Assembly: GCA_964016885.1 (NCBI GenBank)
Contig: OZ024744.1
Coordinates: forward strand, 42,656,001-42,720,000
Origin: Eledone cirrhosa
Taxonomy: Eukaryota
Length of the DNA stretch: 64,000 nucleotides
Direction: 5' to 3'
Within the stretch, counting starts at the first letter, position 1, and every line of letters starts with the position of its first letter. Below are positions 29,001-41,764 of the stretch, piece by piece. The notes under the pieces are model-generated. The model did not search any database. It saw nothing but the letters and a program-made list of their open reading frames with translations, and was not told where the DNA came from. Both the position numbers and the translations under genes were made by a program.

Positions 29001-32000
29001 GTTTTAGTTACTCTGGCTACAACTGTGTTACTAGTTGGTAATGTAACTGTTTTAGTTTCTCTGGCTGCAACTGTGTTACGAGTTGGTAACGTAACTCTTT
29101 TTGTAACTCTGGCTACCACTGTGTTACTAGTTGGTAACGTAACTGTTTTAGTTACTGTGGCTACAACTGTGTTACTAGTTGGTAACGTAACTGCTTTATT
29201 TACTCTGACTACAACTTTGTTACTAGTTGGTAATATAACTCTCTTAGTAACTCTGGCTACAACAAGTGTTACTAGTTGGTAATGTAATTGTTTTAGTTAG
29301 TCTGACTACAACTGTGTTACTAGTTGGTAATGTAACTCTTTTAGTAACTCTGGCTACAACTGTGTTACTAGTTGGTAATGTAACTGTTTTAGTTACTCTG
29401 GATACAACTGTGTTACTAGTTGGTAATGTAACTGTTTAGGTTACTCTGGCTACAACTGTGTTACTAGTTGGTAATGTAACTGTTTTAGCTACTCTGGCTA
29501 CAACTGTGTTACAGGTTGGTAATGTAACTCTTTTAGTTATTCTGGCTACAACTGTGTTACTATTTGGTCATGTAACTGTTTTAGTTACTCTGGATACAAC
29601 TGTGTTACTAGTTGGTAATGTAACTGTTTAGGTTTCTCTGGCTACAACTGTGTTACTAGTTGGTAATGTGTTTGTTTTAGTTACCCTGGTTACAACTCTG
29701 TTACTAGTTGGTAATGAAATTGTATTATTTTCTCTGGCTACAACTGTGTTACTAGTTGGTAATGTTACTGTTTTAGTTACTCTGGTTACATCTGTGTCAC
29801 TAGTTGGTAATGTAATTGCTTTAGTTTCTCAGGCTACAACTGTGTTACTATTTGCTAATGTAATTTTTTCGTTTCTCTGGCTACCACTGTGTTACTAGTT
29901 GGCAATGTAACTGTTTTAGTTACTCTGGCTACAACTGTGTTACTAGTTGGTAATGTAACTGTTTTAGTTACTCTGGCCACAACTGTGTTACTAGTTGGTA
30001 ATGTAATTGTTTTAGTTTCTCTGGCTACAACTGTGTTAGTATTTGCTAATGTAATTGTTTTCGTTTCTCTGGCTACAACTGTGTTACTAGTTGGTAACGT
30101 ATCTGTTTTAGTTACTCTGGCTACAACTGTGTTACTAGTTGGTAACGTAACTGTTTTAGTTACTCTAGTTACAACTGTTTTACTAGTTGATAATGTGGCT
30201 GTTTTAGTTACTCTGGCTACAACTGTGTTACAAGTTGGTAATGTAACTTTTTTAGTAGCTCTGGCTACCACTGTGTTACTATTTGGTAATGTAACTGTTT
30301 TAGTTACTATTGCTACAACTGTGTTACTAGTTGGTACTGTAATTGTTTAGGTTACTCTGGCTACAACTATGTTACTAGTTGGTAATGTAATTGTTTAGGT
30401 TACTCTGGCTAGAACTGTGTTACTAGTTGGTAATGTAACTGTTTTAGTTTCTCTGGCTACAAATGTGTTGCTAGTTGGTAATGTAACTGTTTTAGTTACT
30501 ATGTCTCCAACTGTGTTACTAGTTGGTAACGTAACTGTTTTAGTTTCTCTGGCTACAACTGTGTTACTAGTTGGTTATGTTACTGTTTCAGTTACTCTGG
30601 CTACAACTGTGTTACTAGTTGGTAATGTGACTGTTTTAGTTACTCTGGCTACAACTGTGTTACAAGTTGGTAATGTAAATCTTTTAGCTACTCAGTCTAC
30701 AACTGTGTTACTAGTTGGTAATGTAACTCTTTTAGTAACTCTGGCTACAACAGTGTTACTAGTTGGTAATGTAACCATGTTAGTAACACTGGCTAGAACA
30801 AGTGTTACTAGTTGGTAATGTAATTGTTTTAGTTAGTCTGGCTACAACTGTGTTACTAGTTGGTAATGTAACTGCTTTAGTTACTCTGACTACAACTGTG
30901 TTACTAGTTGGTAATGTAACTCTTTTAGTAACTCTGGCTTCAACTGTGTTACTAGTTGGTAATGTAAGTCTTTTAGCTACTCAGTCTACAACTGTGTTAC
31001 TAGTTGGTAATGTAACTCTTTTAGTAACTCTGGCTACAACAGTGTTACTAGTTGGTAATGTAACCATGTTAGTAACTCTGGCTACAACTATGTTACTAGT
31101 TGGTAATGTAACTGTTTTAGTTACTCTGGATACAACTGTGTTACTAGTTGGTAATGTAACTGTTTAGGTTACTCTGGCTACAACTGTGTTACTAGTTGGT
31201 AATGTAATTGTTTTAGTTTCTCTGGTTACAACTGTGTTACTAGTTGATAATGTGACTGTTTTAGTTACTCTCGCTACAACTGTGTTACAAGTTGGTAATG
31301 TAAATCTTTTAGTTACTCTGGCTACAACTGTGTTACTATTTGGTAATGTAACTGTTTTAGTTACTCTGGCTTCAACTATGTTACTAGTTGGTAATGTAAC
31401 TGTTTTAGTTACTCTGGCTACAACTGTGTTACTAGTTGGTAATGTAACTGTTTTAGTTACTCTGGCTACAACTGTGTTACTAGTTGGTAATGTAATTGTT
31501 TTAGTTTCTCTGGCTACAACTGTGTTAGTATTTGCTAATGTAATTGTTTTCGTTTTTCTGGCTACAACTGTGTTACTAGTTGGTAATGTATCTGTTTTAG
31601 TTACTCTGGCTACAACTGTGTTACTAGTTGATAATGTAACTGTTTTAGTTACTTTGGCTACAACTGTGTTACTAGTTGGTAATGTAACTGTATTAGTTTC
31701 TCTGGCTACCTCTGTGTTACTAGTTGGTAATGTAACAGTTTTAGTTACTCTGGCTACCACTGTGTTACTAGTTGGTAACGTAACTGTTTTAGTTTCTCTG
31801 GCTACAACTGTGTTACTAGTTGGTAATGTTACTGTTTTAGTTAATCTGACCACAACTGTGTTACTAGTTGGTAATGTTACTGTTTCATTTAATCTGACCA
31901 CAACTGTGTTACTTGTTGGTAATGTAACTGTTTTAGTTACTCTGGCTACAACTGTGTTACTAGTTGGTAATGTTACTGTTTTAGTTACTCTGGCTACAAC

Positions 32001-34985
32001 TTTGTTACTAGTTGGTGATATTACTGTTTTAGCTACTCTTGCTACGAATGTGTTACTAGTTGGTAACGTAACTGTTTTAGTTTCTCTGGCTACAACTGTG
32101 TTACTAGTTGGTAATGTTGCTGTTTTAGTTACTCTGGCTACAACTGTATTACTAGTTGGTAATGTAACTGTTTTAGTTCCTCTGTCTACAACTGTGTTAC
32201 TAGTTGGTAATGTTACTGTTTTAGTTACTGTGGCTACAACTGTGTTACTAGTTGGTAATGTAACTGTTTTAGTTACTCCGGCTACAACTGTGTTACTAGT
32301 TGGTAATGTTATTGTTTTAGTTACTGTGGCTACAACTGTGTTACTAGTTGGTAATATAACTGCTTTAGTTACTATGGATACAACTGTGTTACTAGTTGGT
32401 AACGTTACTGTCTTCGTTACTGTGGCTACAACTGTGTTACTAGTAGGTAATGTCACTGTTTCAGTTACTCTGGCTACAACTGTGTTACTTGTTGGTAATG
32501 TTACTGTTTTAGTTACTCTGGCTACAACTGTGTTACTAGTTGGTAATTTAATTGTTTAGTTTCTCTGGCTACAACTGTGTTACAAGTTGGTAATGTAATT
32601 GTTTTAGTTAGTCTGGCGACAACTGTGTTGCTAGTTGGTAATTCTTACTATTTTAGTTACTCTGTCTACAACTGTGTTACTATTTGGTAATGTAACTTTT
32701 TTTATTTTCTCTGTCTACAACTGTGTTACTAGTTGGTAACGTATCTGTTTTAGTTACTCTGGTTACAACTGTGTTACTAGTTGGTAATGTAATTTGTTTA
32801 GTTACTCTAGTTACAACTGTTTTACTAGTTGATAATGTGACTGTTTTAGTTACTCTGGCTACAACTGTGTTACAAGTTGGTAATGTAATTTTTTTAGTAG
32901 CTCTGGCTACAACTGTGTTACTATTTGGTAATGTAACTGTTTTAGTTACTCTTGCTACAACTGTGTTACTAGTTGGTAATGTAATTGTTTAGGTTACTCT
33001 GGCTAGAAATGTGTTACTAGTTGGTAACGTAACTGTTTTAGTTTCTCTGACTACAAATGTGTTGCTAGTTGGTTATGTAACTGTTTTAGTTACTGTGTCT
33101 CCAACTGTGTTACTAGTTGGTAATGTAACTCTGTTAGTAACTCTGGCTACAACTGTGTTACTAGTTGGTAAAGTAACTGTTTTAGTTTCTCTGGCTGCAA
33201 CTGTGTTACTAGTTGGTAATGTAACTGTTTTAGTTACTCTGGATACAACTGTGTTACTAGTTGGTAATGTAACTGTTTAGGTTACTCTGACTACAACTGT
33301 GTTACTAGTTGGTAACGTAATTGTTTTAGTTTCTCTGGTTACAACTGTGTTCCTAGTTGATAATGTGACTGTTGTAGTTACTCTGGCTACAACTGTGTTA
33401 CAAGTTGGTAATGTAACTCTTTTAGTTACTCTGGCTACAACTGTGTTACTAGTTGGTAATGTAATTGTTTTAGTTACTCTGGCTACAACTGTGTTACTAG
33501 TTGGTAATGTAACTGTTTTAGTTTCTCTGGCTGCAACTGTGTTACTAGTTGGTAACGTAACTCTTTTTGTAACTCTGGCTACCACTGTGTTACTAGTTGG
33601 TAATGTAACTGTTTTAGTTACTGTGGCTACAACTGTGTTACTAGTTGGTAACGTAACTGCTTTATTTACTCTGACTACAACTTTGTTACTAGTTGGTAAT
33701 ATAACTCTCTTAGTAACTCTGGCTACAACAAGTGTTACTAGTTGGTAATGTAATTGTTTTAGTTAGTCTGACTACAACTGTGTTACTAGTTGGTAATGTA
33801 ACTCTTTTAGTAACTCTGGCTACAACTGTGTTACTAGTTGGTAATGTAACTGTTTTAGTTACTCTGGATACAACTGTGTTACTAGTTGGTAATGTAACTG
33901 TTTAGGTTACTCTGGCTACAACTGTGTTACTAGTTGGTAATGTAACTGTTTTAGCTACTCTGGCTACAACTGTGTTACAGGTTGGTAATGTAACTCTTTT
34001 AGTTATTCTGGCTACAACTGTGTTACTATTTGGTCATGTAACTGTTTTAGTTACTCTGGATACAACTGTGTTACTAGTTGGTAATGTAACTGTTTAGGTT
34101 ACTCTGGCTACAACTGTGTTACTAGTTGGTAATGTGTTTGTTTTAGTTACCCTGGTTACAACTCTGTTACTAGTTGGTAATGAAATTGTATTATTTTCTC
34201 TGGCTACAACTGTGTTACTAGTTGGTAATGTTACTGTTTTAGTTACTCTGGTTACATCTGTGTCACTAGTTGGTAATGTAATTGCTTTAGTTTCTCAGGC
34301 TACAACTGTGTTACTATTTGCTAATGTAATGTTTTCGTTTCTCTGGCTACCACTGTGTTACTAGTTGGCAATGTAACTGTTTTAGTTACTCTGGCTACAA
34401 CTGTGTTACTAGATGGTAATGTAACTGTTTTAGTTACTCTGGCCACAACTGTGTTACTAGTTGGTAATGTAATTGTTTTAGTTTCTCTGGCTACAACTGT
34501 GTTAGTATTTGCTAATGTAATTGTTTTCGTTTCTCTGGCTACAACTGTGTTACTAGTTGGTAACGTATCTGTTTTAGTTACTCTGGCTACAACTGTGTTA
34601 CTAGTTGGTAACGTAACTGTTTTAGTTACTCTAGTTACAACTGTTTTACTAGTTGATAATGTGGCTGTTTTAGTTACTCTGGCTACAACTGTGTTACAAG
34701 TTGGTAATGTAACTTTTTTAGTAGCTCTGGCTACCACTGTGTTACTATTTGGTAATGTAACTGTTTTAGTTACTATTGCTACAACTGTGTTACTAGTTGG
34801 TACTGTAATTGTTTAGGTTACTCTGGCTACAACTATGTTACTAGTTGGTAATGTAATTGTTTAGGTTACTCTGGCTAGAACTGTGTTACTAGTTGGTAAT
34901 GTAACTGTTTTAGTTTCTCTGGCTACAAATGTGTTGCTAGTTGGTAATGTAACTGTTTTAGTTACTATGTCTCCAACTGTGTTAC
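26050..34985. repeat. Higher-order tandem duplication of 4,466 bp (93 monomers +2) within the satellite
   Basis: ORF/variant pattern recurs at offset 4466 (26336/30802, 26720/31186, 28257/32723, 28833/33299, 29889/34355) with only scattered SNPs. Boundaries approximate. Confidence 0.9.
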
Positions 34986-37900
34986 TAGTTGGTAATGTAA
35001 CTGTTTAGGTTACTCTGACTACAACTGTGTTACTAGTTGGTAATGTAATTGTTTTAGTTACTCTGGTTACAACTGTGTTACTAGTTGATAATGTGACTGT
35101 TTTAGTTACTCTGGCTACAACTGTGTTACAAGTTGGTAATGTAACTCATTTAGTTACTCTGGCTACAACTGTGTTACTAGTTGGTAATGTAATTGTTTTA
35201 GTTACTCTGGCTACAACTGTGTTACTAGTTGGTAATGTAACTGTTTTAGTTTCTCTGGCTGCAACTGTGTTACTAGTTTGTAATGTAACACTTTTAGTAA
35301 CTCTGGCTACCACTGTGTTACTAGTTGGTAATGTAACTGTTTTAGTTACTGTGGCTACAACTGTGTTACTAGTTGGTAACTTAACTGCTTTATTTACTCT
35401 AACTACAACTATGTTACTAGTTGGTAACGTAACTCTTTTAGTAACACTGGCTACAACAAGTGTTACTAGTTGGTAATGTAATTGTTTTAGTTAGTCTGGC
35501 TACAACTGTGTTACTAGTTGGTAACGTAACTGCTTTAGTTACTCTGACTACAACTGTGTTACTAGTTGGTAATGTAACTCTTTTAGTAACTCTGGCTACA
35601 ACAGTGTTACTAGTTGGTAATGTAACCATGTTAGTAACTCTGGCTACAACTATGTTACTAGTTGGTAATGTAACTGTTTTATTTACTCTGGATACAACTG
35701 TGTTACTAGTTGGTAATGTAACTGTTTATGTTACTCTGGCTACAACTGTGTTACTAGTTGGTAATGTAATTGTTTTAGTTACTCTGGTAACAACTGTGTT
35801 ACTAGTTGATAATGTGACTGTTTTAGTTACTCTGGCTACAACTGTGTTACAAGTTGGTAATGTAAATCTTTTAGTTACTCTGGCTACAACTGTGTTACTA
35901 GTTGGTAATGTAACTGTTTTAGTTACTCTGGCTTCAACTATGTTACTAGTTGGTAATGTAACTGTTTTAGTTACTCTGGCTACAACTGTGTTACTAGTTG
36001 GTAATGTAACTGTTTTAGTTACTCTGGCTACAACTGTGTTACTAGTTGGTAATGTAATTCTTTTAGTTTCTCTGGCTACAACTGTTTTAGTATTTGCTAA
36101 TGTAATTGTTTTCGTTTCTCTGGCTACAACTGTGTTACTAGTTGGTAACGTATCTGTTTTAGTTACTCTGGCTACAACTGTGTTACTAGTTGGTAACGTA
36201 ACTGTTTTAGTTACTCTAGTTACAACTGTTTTACTAGTTGATAATGTGGCTGTTTTAGTTACTCTGGCTACAACTGTGTTACAAGTTGGTAATGTAACTT
36301 TTTTAGTAGCTCTGGCTACCACTGTGTTACTATTTGGTAATGTAACTGTTTTAGTTACTATTGCTACAACTGTGTTACTAGTTGGTACTGTAATTGTTTA
36401 GGTTACTCTGGCTACAACTATGTTACTAGTTGGTAATGTAATTGTTTAGGTTACTCTGGCTAGAACTGTGTTACTAGTTGGTAATGTAACTGTTTTAGTT
36501 TCTCTGGCTACAAATGTGTTGCTAGTTGGTAATGTAACTGTTTTAGTTACTATGTCTCCAACTGTGTTACTAGTTGGTAATGTAACTGTTAGGTTACTCT
36601 GACTACAACTGTGTTACTAGTTGGTAATGTAATTGTTTTAGTTACTCTGGTTACAACTGTGTTACTAGTTGATAATGTGACTGTTTTAGTTACTCTGGCT
36701 ACAACTGTGTTACAAGTTGGTAATGTAACTCATTTAGTTACTCTGGCTACAACTGTGTTACTAGTTTGTAATGTAATTGTTTTAGTTACTCTGGCTACAA
36801 CTGTGTTACTAGTTGGTAATGTAACTGTTTTAGTTTCTCTGGCTGCAACTGTGTTACTAGTTTGTAATGTAACACTTTTAGTAACTCTGGCTACCACTGT
36901 GTTACTAGTTGGTAATGTAACTGTTTTAGTTACTGTGGCTACAACTGTGTTACTAGTTGGTAACTTAACTGCTTTATTTACTCTAACTACAACTATGTTA
37001 CTAGTTGGTAACGTAACTCTTTTAGTAACACTGGCTACAACAAGTGTTACTAGTTGGTAATGTAATTGTTTTAGTTAGTCTGGCTACAACTGTGTTACTA
37101 GTTGGTAACGTAACTGCTTTAGTTACTCTGACTACAACTGTGTTACTAGTTGGTAATGTAACTCTTTTAGTAACTCTGGCTACAACAGTGTTACTAGTTG
37201 GTAATGTAACCATGTTAGTAACTCTGGCTACAACTATGTTACTAGTTGGTAATGTAACTGTTTTAGTTACTCTGGATACAACTGTGTTACTAGTTGGTAA
37301 TGTAACTGTTTATGTTACTCTGGCTACAACTGTGTTACTAGTTGGTAATGTAATTGTTTTAGTTACTCTGGTAACAACTGTGTTACTAGTTGATAATGTG
37401 ACTGTTTTAGTTACTCTGGCTACAACTGTGTTACAAGTTGGTAATGTAAATCTTTTAGTTACTCTGGCTACAACTGTGTTACTAGTTGGTAATGTAACTG
37501 TTTTAGTTACTCTGGCTTCAACTATGTTACTAGTTGGTAATGTAACTGTTTTAGTTACTCTGGCTACAACTGTGTTACTAGTTGGTAATGTAACTGTTTT
37601 AGTTACTCTGGCTACAACTGTGTTACTAGTTGGTAATGTAATTGTTTTAGTTTCTCTGGCTACAACTGTTTTAGTATTTGCTAATGTAATTGTTTTCGTT
37701 TCTCTGGCTACAACTGTGTTACTAATTGGTAATGTAACTGTTTTAGTTACTCTGGATACAACTGTGTTACTAGTTGGTAATGTAATTGTTTTAGTTTCTC
37801 TGTCTACAACTGTGTTACTAGTTGATAATGTAACTGTTTTAGTTACTTTGGCTACAACTGTGTTACTAGTTGGTAATGTAACTGTATTAGTTTCTCTGGC

Positions 37901-40900
37901 TACCTCGGTGTTACTAGTTGGTAATGTAACAGTTTTAGTTACTTTGCCTACAACTGTTAATATTTGGTAATATTACTGTTTTAGTTACTTTGGCTACAAC
38001 TGTGTTACTAGTTGGTAATGTAACTGTTATAGTTACTCTGGCTCCAACTGTTAATATTTGGTAACATTACTGTTTTAGTTACTCTGGTTACAACTGTGTT
38101 ACTAGTTGGTAATGTTACTGTTTTAGTTACTTTGGCTACAACTGGGTTACTAGTTCGTAATGTAACTCTTTTAGTAACTCTGGCTACAACTGTGTTACAA
38201 GTTGGTAATGTAACTTTTTTAGTAGCTCTGGCTACAACTGTGTTACTATTTGGTAATGTAACTGTTTTAGTTACTATTGCTACAACTGTGTTACTAGTTG
38301 GTACTGTAATTGTTTAGGTTACTCTGGCTACAACTATGTTACTAGTTGGTAATGTAATTGTTTAGGTTACTCTGGCTAGAACTGTGTTACTAGTTGGTAA
38401 TGTAACTGTTTTAGTTTCTCTGGCTACAAATGTGTTGCTAGTTGGTAATGTAACTGTTTTAGTTACTATGTCTCCAACTGTGTTACTAGTTGGTAATGTA
38501 ACTGTTTAGGTTACTCTGACTACAACTGTGTTACTAGTTGGTAATGTAATTGTTTTAGTTACTCTGGTTACAACTGTGTTACTAGTTGATAATGTGACTG
38601 TTTTAGTTACTCTGGCTACAACTGTGTTACAAGTTGGTAATGTAACTCATTTAGTTACTCTGGCTACAACTGTGTTACTAGTTGGTAATGTAATTGTTTT
38701 AGTTACTCTGGCTACAACTGTGTTACTAGTTGGTAATGTAACTGTTTTAGTTTCTCTGGTTGCAACTGTGTTACTAGTTGGTAATGTAACACTTTTAGTA
38801 ACTCTGGCTACCACTGTGTTACTAGTTGGTAATGTAACTCTTTTAGTTACTGTGGCTACAACTGTGTTACTAGTTGGTAACTTAACTGCTTTATTTACTC
38901 TGACTACAACTATGTTACTAGTTGGTAACGTAACTCTTTTAGTAACACTGGCTACAACAAGTGTTACTAGTTGGTAATGTAATTGTTTTAGTTAGTCTGG
39001 CTACAACTGTGTTACTAGTTGGTAACGTAACTGCTTTAGTTACTCTGACTACAACTGTGTTACTAGTTGGTAATGTAACTCTTTTAGTAACTCTGGCTAC
39101 AACAGTGTTACTAGTTGGTAATGTAACCATGTTAGTAACTCTGGCTACAACTATGTTACTAGTTGGTAATGTAACTGTTTTAGTTACTCTGGATACAACT
39201 GTGTTACTAGTTGGTAATGTAACTGTTTATGTTACTCTGGCTACAACTGTGTTACTAGTTGGTAATGTAATTGTTTTAGTTACTCTGGTAACAACTGTGT
39301 TACTAGTTGATAATGTGACTGTTTTAGTTACTCTGGCTACAACTGTGTTACAAGTTGGTAATGTAAATCTTTTAGTTACTCTGGCTACAACTGTGTTACT
39401 AGTTGGTAATGTAACTGTTTTAGTTACTCTGGCTTCAACTATGTTACTAGTTGGTAATGTAACTGTTTTAGTTACTCTGGCTACAACTGTGTTACTAGTT
39501 GGTAATGTAACTGTTTTAGTTACTCTGGCTACAACTGTGTTACTTGTTGGTAATGTAATTGTTTTAGTTTCTCTGGCTACAACTGTTTTAGTATTTGCTA
39601 ATGTAATTGTTTTCGTTTCTCTGGCTACAACTGTGTTACTAGTTGGTAATGTAACTGTTTTAGTTACTCTGGATACAACTGTGTTACTAGTTGGTAATGT
39701 AATTGTTTTAGTTTCTCTGTCTACAACTGTGTTACTAGTTGATAATGTAACTGTTTTAGTTACTTTGGCTACAACTGTGTTACTAGTTGGTAATGTAACT
39801 GTATTAGTTTCTCTGGCTACCTCTGTGTTACTAGTTGGTAATGTAACAGTTTTAGTTACTTTGCCTACAACTGTTAATATTTGGTAATATTACTGTTTTA
39901 GTTACTTTGGCTACAACTGTGTTACTAGTTGGTAATGTAACTGTTATAGTTACTCTGGCTCCAACTGTTAATATTTGGTAACATTACTGTTTTAGTTACT
40001 CTGGTTACAACTGTGTTACTAGTTGGTAATGTTACTGTTTTAGTTACTTTGGCTACAACTGTGTTACTAGTTGGTAATGTAATGGTTTTATTTACTCTGG
40101 CTACAACCGTGTTACTAGTTGGTAATGTAACTGTTTTAGTTACTCTGGCTACCACTGTGTTACTAGTTGGCAATGTAACTGTTTTAGTTACTCTGCCTAC
40201 AACTGTGTTACTAGTTGGTAATGTAACTGTTTTAGTTACTTTGGCTACAACTGTGTTACTAGTTGATAATGTAACTGTTTTAATTACTCTTAGTACACCT
40301 GTGTTACTAGTTGGTAATGTAACTCTTTTAGTTACTCTGGCTACAACTGTGTTACTAGTTGGTAATGTAACTGTTTTAGTTTCTCTGGCTACAACTGTGT
40401 TACTAGTTGGTAATGTAACTGTTTTAGTTACTCTGGCTACAACTGTGTTACTATTTGGTAATGTTACTGTTTTAGTTACTCTGTCTACAACTGTGTTACT
40501 AGTTGGTAATGTAACTGTTTTAGTTACTCTGGCTACAACTGTGTTACTAGTTGGTAATGTAACTGTTTTAGTTACTCTGGCTACAACTGTGTTACTAGTT
40601 GGTAATGTTACTGTTTTAGTTACTCTGTCTACAACTGTGTTACTAGTTGGTAATGTAACTGTTTTAGTTACTCTGGCTACCACTGTGTTACTAGTTGGTA
40701 ATGTAACTGTTTTAGTTACTCTGGCTACAACTGTGTTACTAGTTGGTAATGTAACTGTTTTAGTTACTCTGGCTACAACTTTTTTAATAGTTGGTTATTT
40801 AATTGTTTTAGTTTCTCTGGCTACAACTGTGTTACTAGTTGGTAATGTAACTGTTTTATTTACTCTGGCTACAATTGTGTTACTAGTTGGTAATGTAACT

Positions 40901-41099
40901 GTTTTAGTTTCTCTGGCTACAACTGTGTTAATACTTGGTAATTTAATTGTTTTAGTTTCTCTGTCTGACTCAAGTCAGCTCTAATTAAGGGGACCTATGA
41001 TCAAAGAGGTTTTTCTTTTCAGGCAGCGTAGTACAAGGCTCCATTATCTAATGTACCATTCCCTTTACTTGTGTGTGATTCAGAACTGTTTTATCTGCT

Positions 41100-41220
41100 A
41101 TTATTAGCCGGTCAAAAGGAGGTAGGTTCGTAGTATTGGTAGAGTCTCAGACAACATGCTTACCCCCACCCAGCCTTCAAATTACTGACCTTGTGCAAAA
41201 AGTAGAAACAAAATTATTAG
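41100..41220 (+). mobile_element. Degenerate SINE 3' remnant
   Basis: Ends in GACCTTGTGCAAAAAGTAGAAACAAAATTATTA, the same 3' terminus as the SINE copies at 46152, 54917 and 62185. Confidence 0.5.
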
Positions 41221-41274
41221 CAGGTCGAACTATCATGTACAGTCTCCTTCATAGATACAGTTTTTTCAAGCTTA

Positions 41275-41323
41275 TATGTGTGTGTGTGTGTGTCTGTGTG
41301 TGTGTATGTGTGTGGGGGGGGGG

Positions 41324-41356
<33 letters not shown>

Positions 41357-41403
41357 TGGTGTGTGTGTTGGTGTGTGTGTTGGTGTGTGTGTGTGTGTGT
41401 GTG
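41275..41403. repeat. Imperfect (TG)n microsatellite with internal G run
   Basis: Direct inspection. Confidence 0.95.
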
Positions 41404-41430
41404 AATGTATAAAGATGTTCCTGATTATTT

Positions 41431-41690
41431 AGTAACCGTTGTTGTTGTCTGAAATTAACGTGCAAGTGGTTGAGCATTCCACAGACACGTGTTCTCTTAA
41501 TGTAGTTCTTAGGGGAAGATTCAGTAAGACACAGAAAGTGACAAGGCTGCACTTTTGAAATTACAGGCACAACTCACTTTTGTCAGTTTTGTGGACTGGA
41601 TTAATGTGAAGTAAAGGGTCTTGCTCAAGGACAAAATGCATTGCCAGGAGATGAACTCCCAATCATGAATTGAACACCTTAACAATCTAT
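41431..41690 (-). mobile_element. tRNA-derived SINE (octopus-type), degenerate
   Basis: Minus strand reads TGTCCTTGAGCAAGACCCTTTACTTCACATTAATCCAGTCCAC...TGAGTTG, a core shared with the plus-strand copy at 42063 but with a different 3' tail. Family recognised from memory. Confidence 0.7.
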
Positions 41691-41764
41691 CTAAGCAGCT
41701 TCACATTCAGTAACTAGAGTCTCTCTATATATCAGCTTCTTTTTCACATACTAAATTATCAATG

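Larger units (their letters stand above)
1..40966. repeat. 48-bp tandem satellite array (~850 monomers, continues past the left window edge)
   Basis: Head-to-tail copies of TGTGTTACTAGTTGGTAATGTAACTGTTTTAGTTACTCTGGCTACAAC (20 T, 11 A, 10 G, 7 C; no CpG), mostly 0-4 substitutions per copy, with occasional 46/47/49-bp monomers. Ends abruptly at ...GTTTCTCTGTCT (~40966). Confidence 0.99.

Noticed and set aside
1-40966. CRISPR-like repeat/spacer array
   Set aside because: Monomers are contiguous with no unique spacers, there are no cas genes, and the context is eukaryotic.
1-40966. Telomeric repeat (TTAGG-like words in GTTTAGG variants)
   Set aside because: Single isolated words inside monomers, never tandem.
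41-40984. Dozens of long V/L/T-rich ORFs (up to 1,849 aa) as protein-coding genes
   Set aside because: They are translations of the 48-bp monomer, mostly with non-ATG starts, no unique N- or C-terminal domains, and amplified stops and frameshifts.
41136-41570. Cys/Val- and Thr/His-repeat ORFs (also 51970..52296)
   Set aside because: Translations of (TG)n microsatellites.
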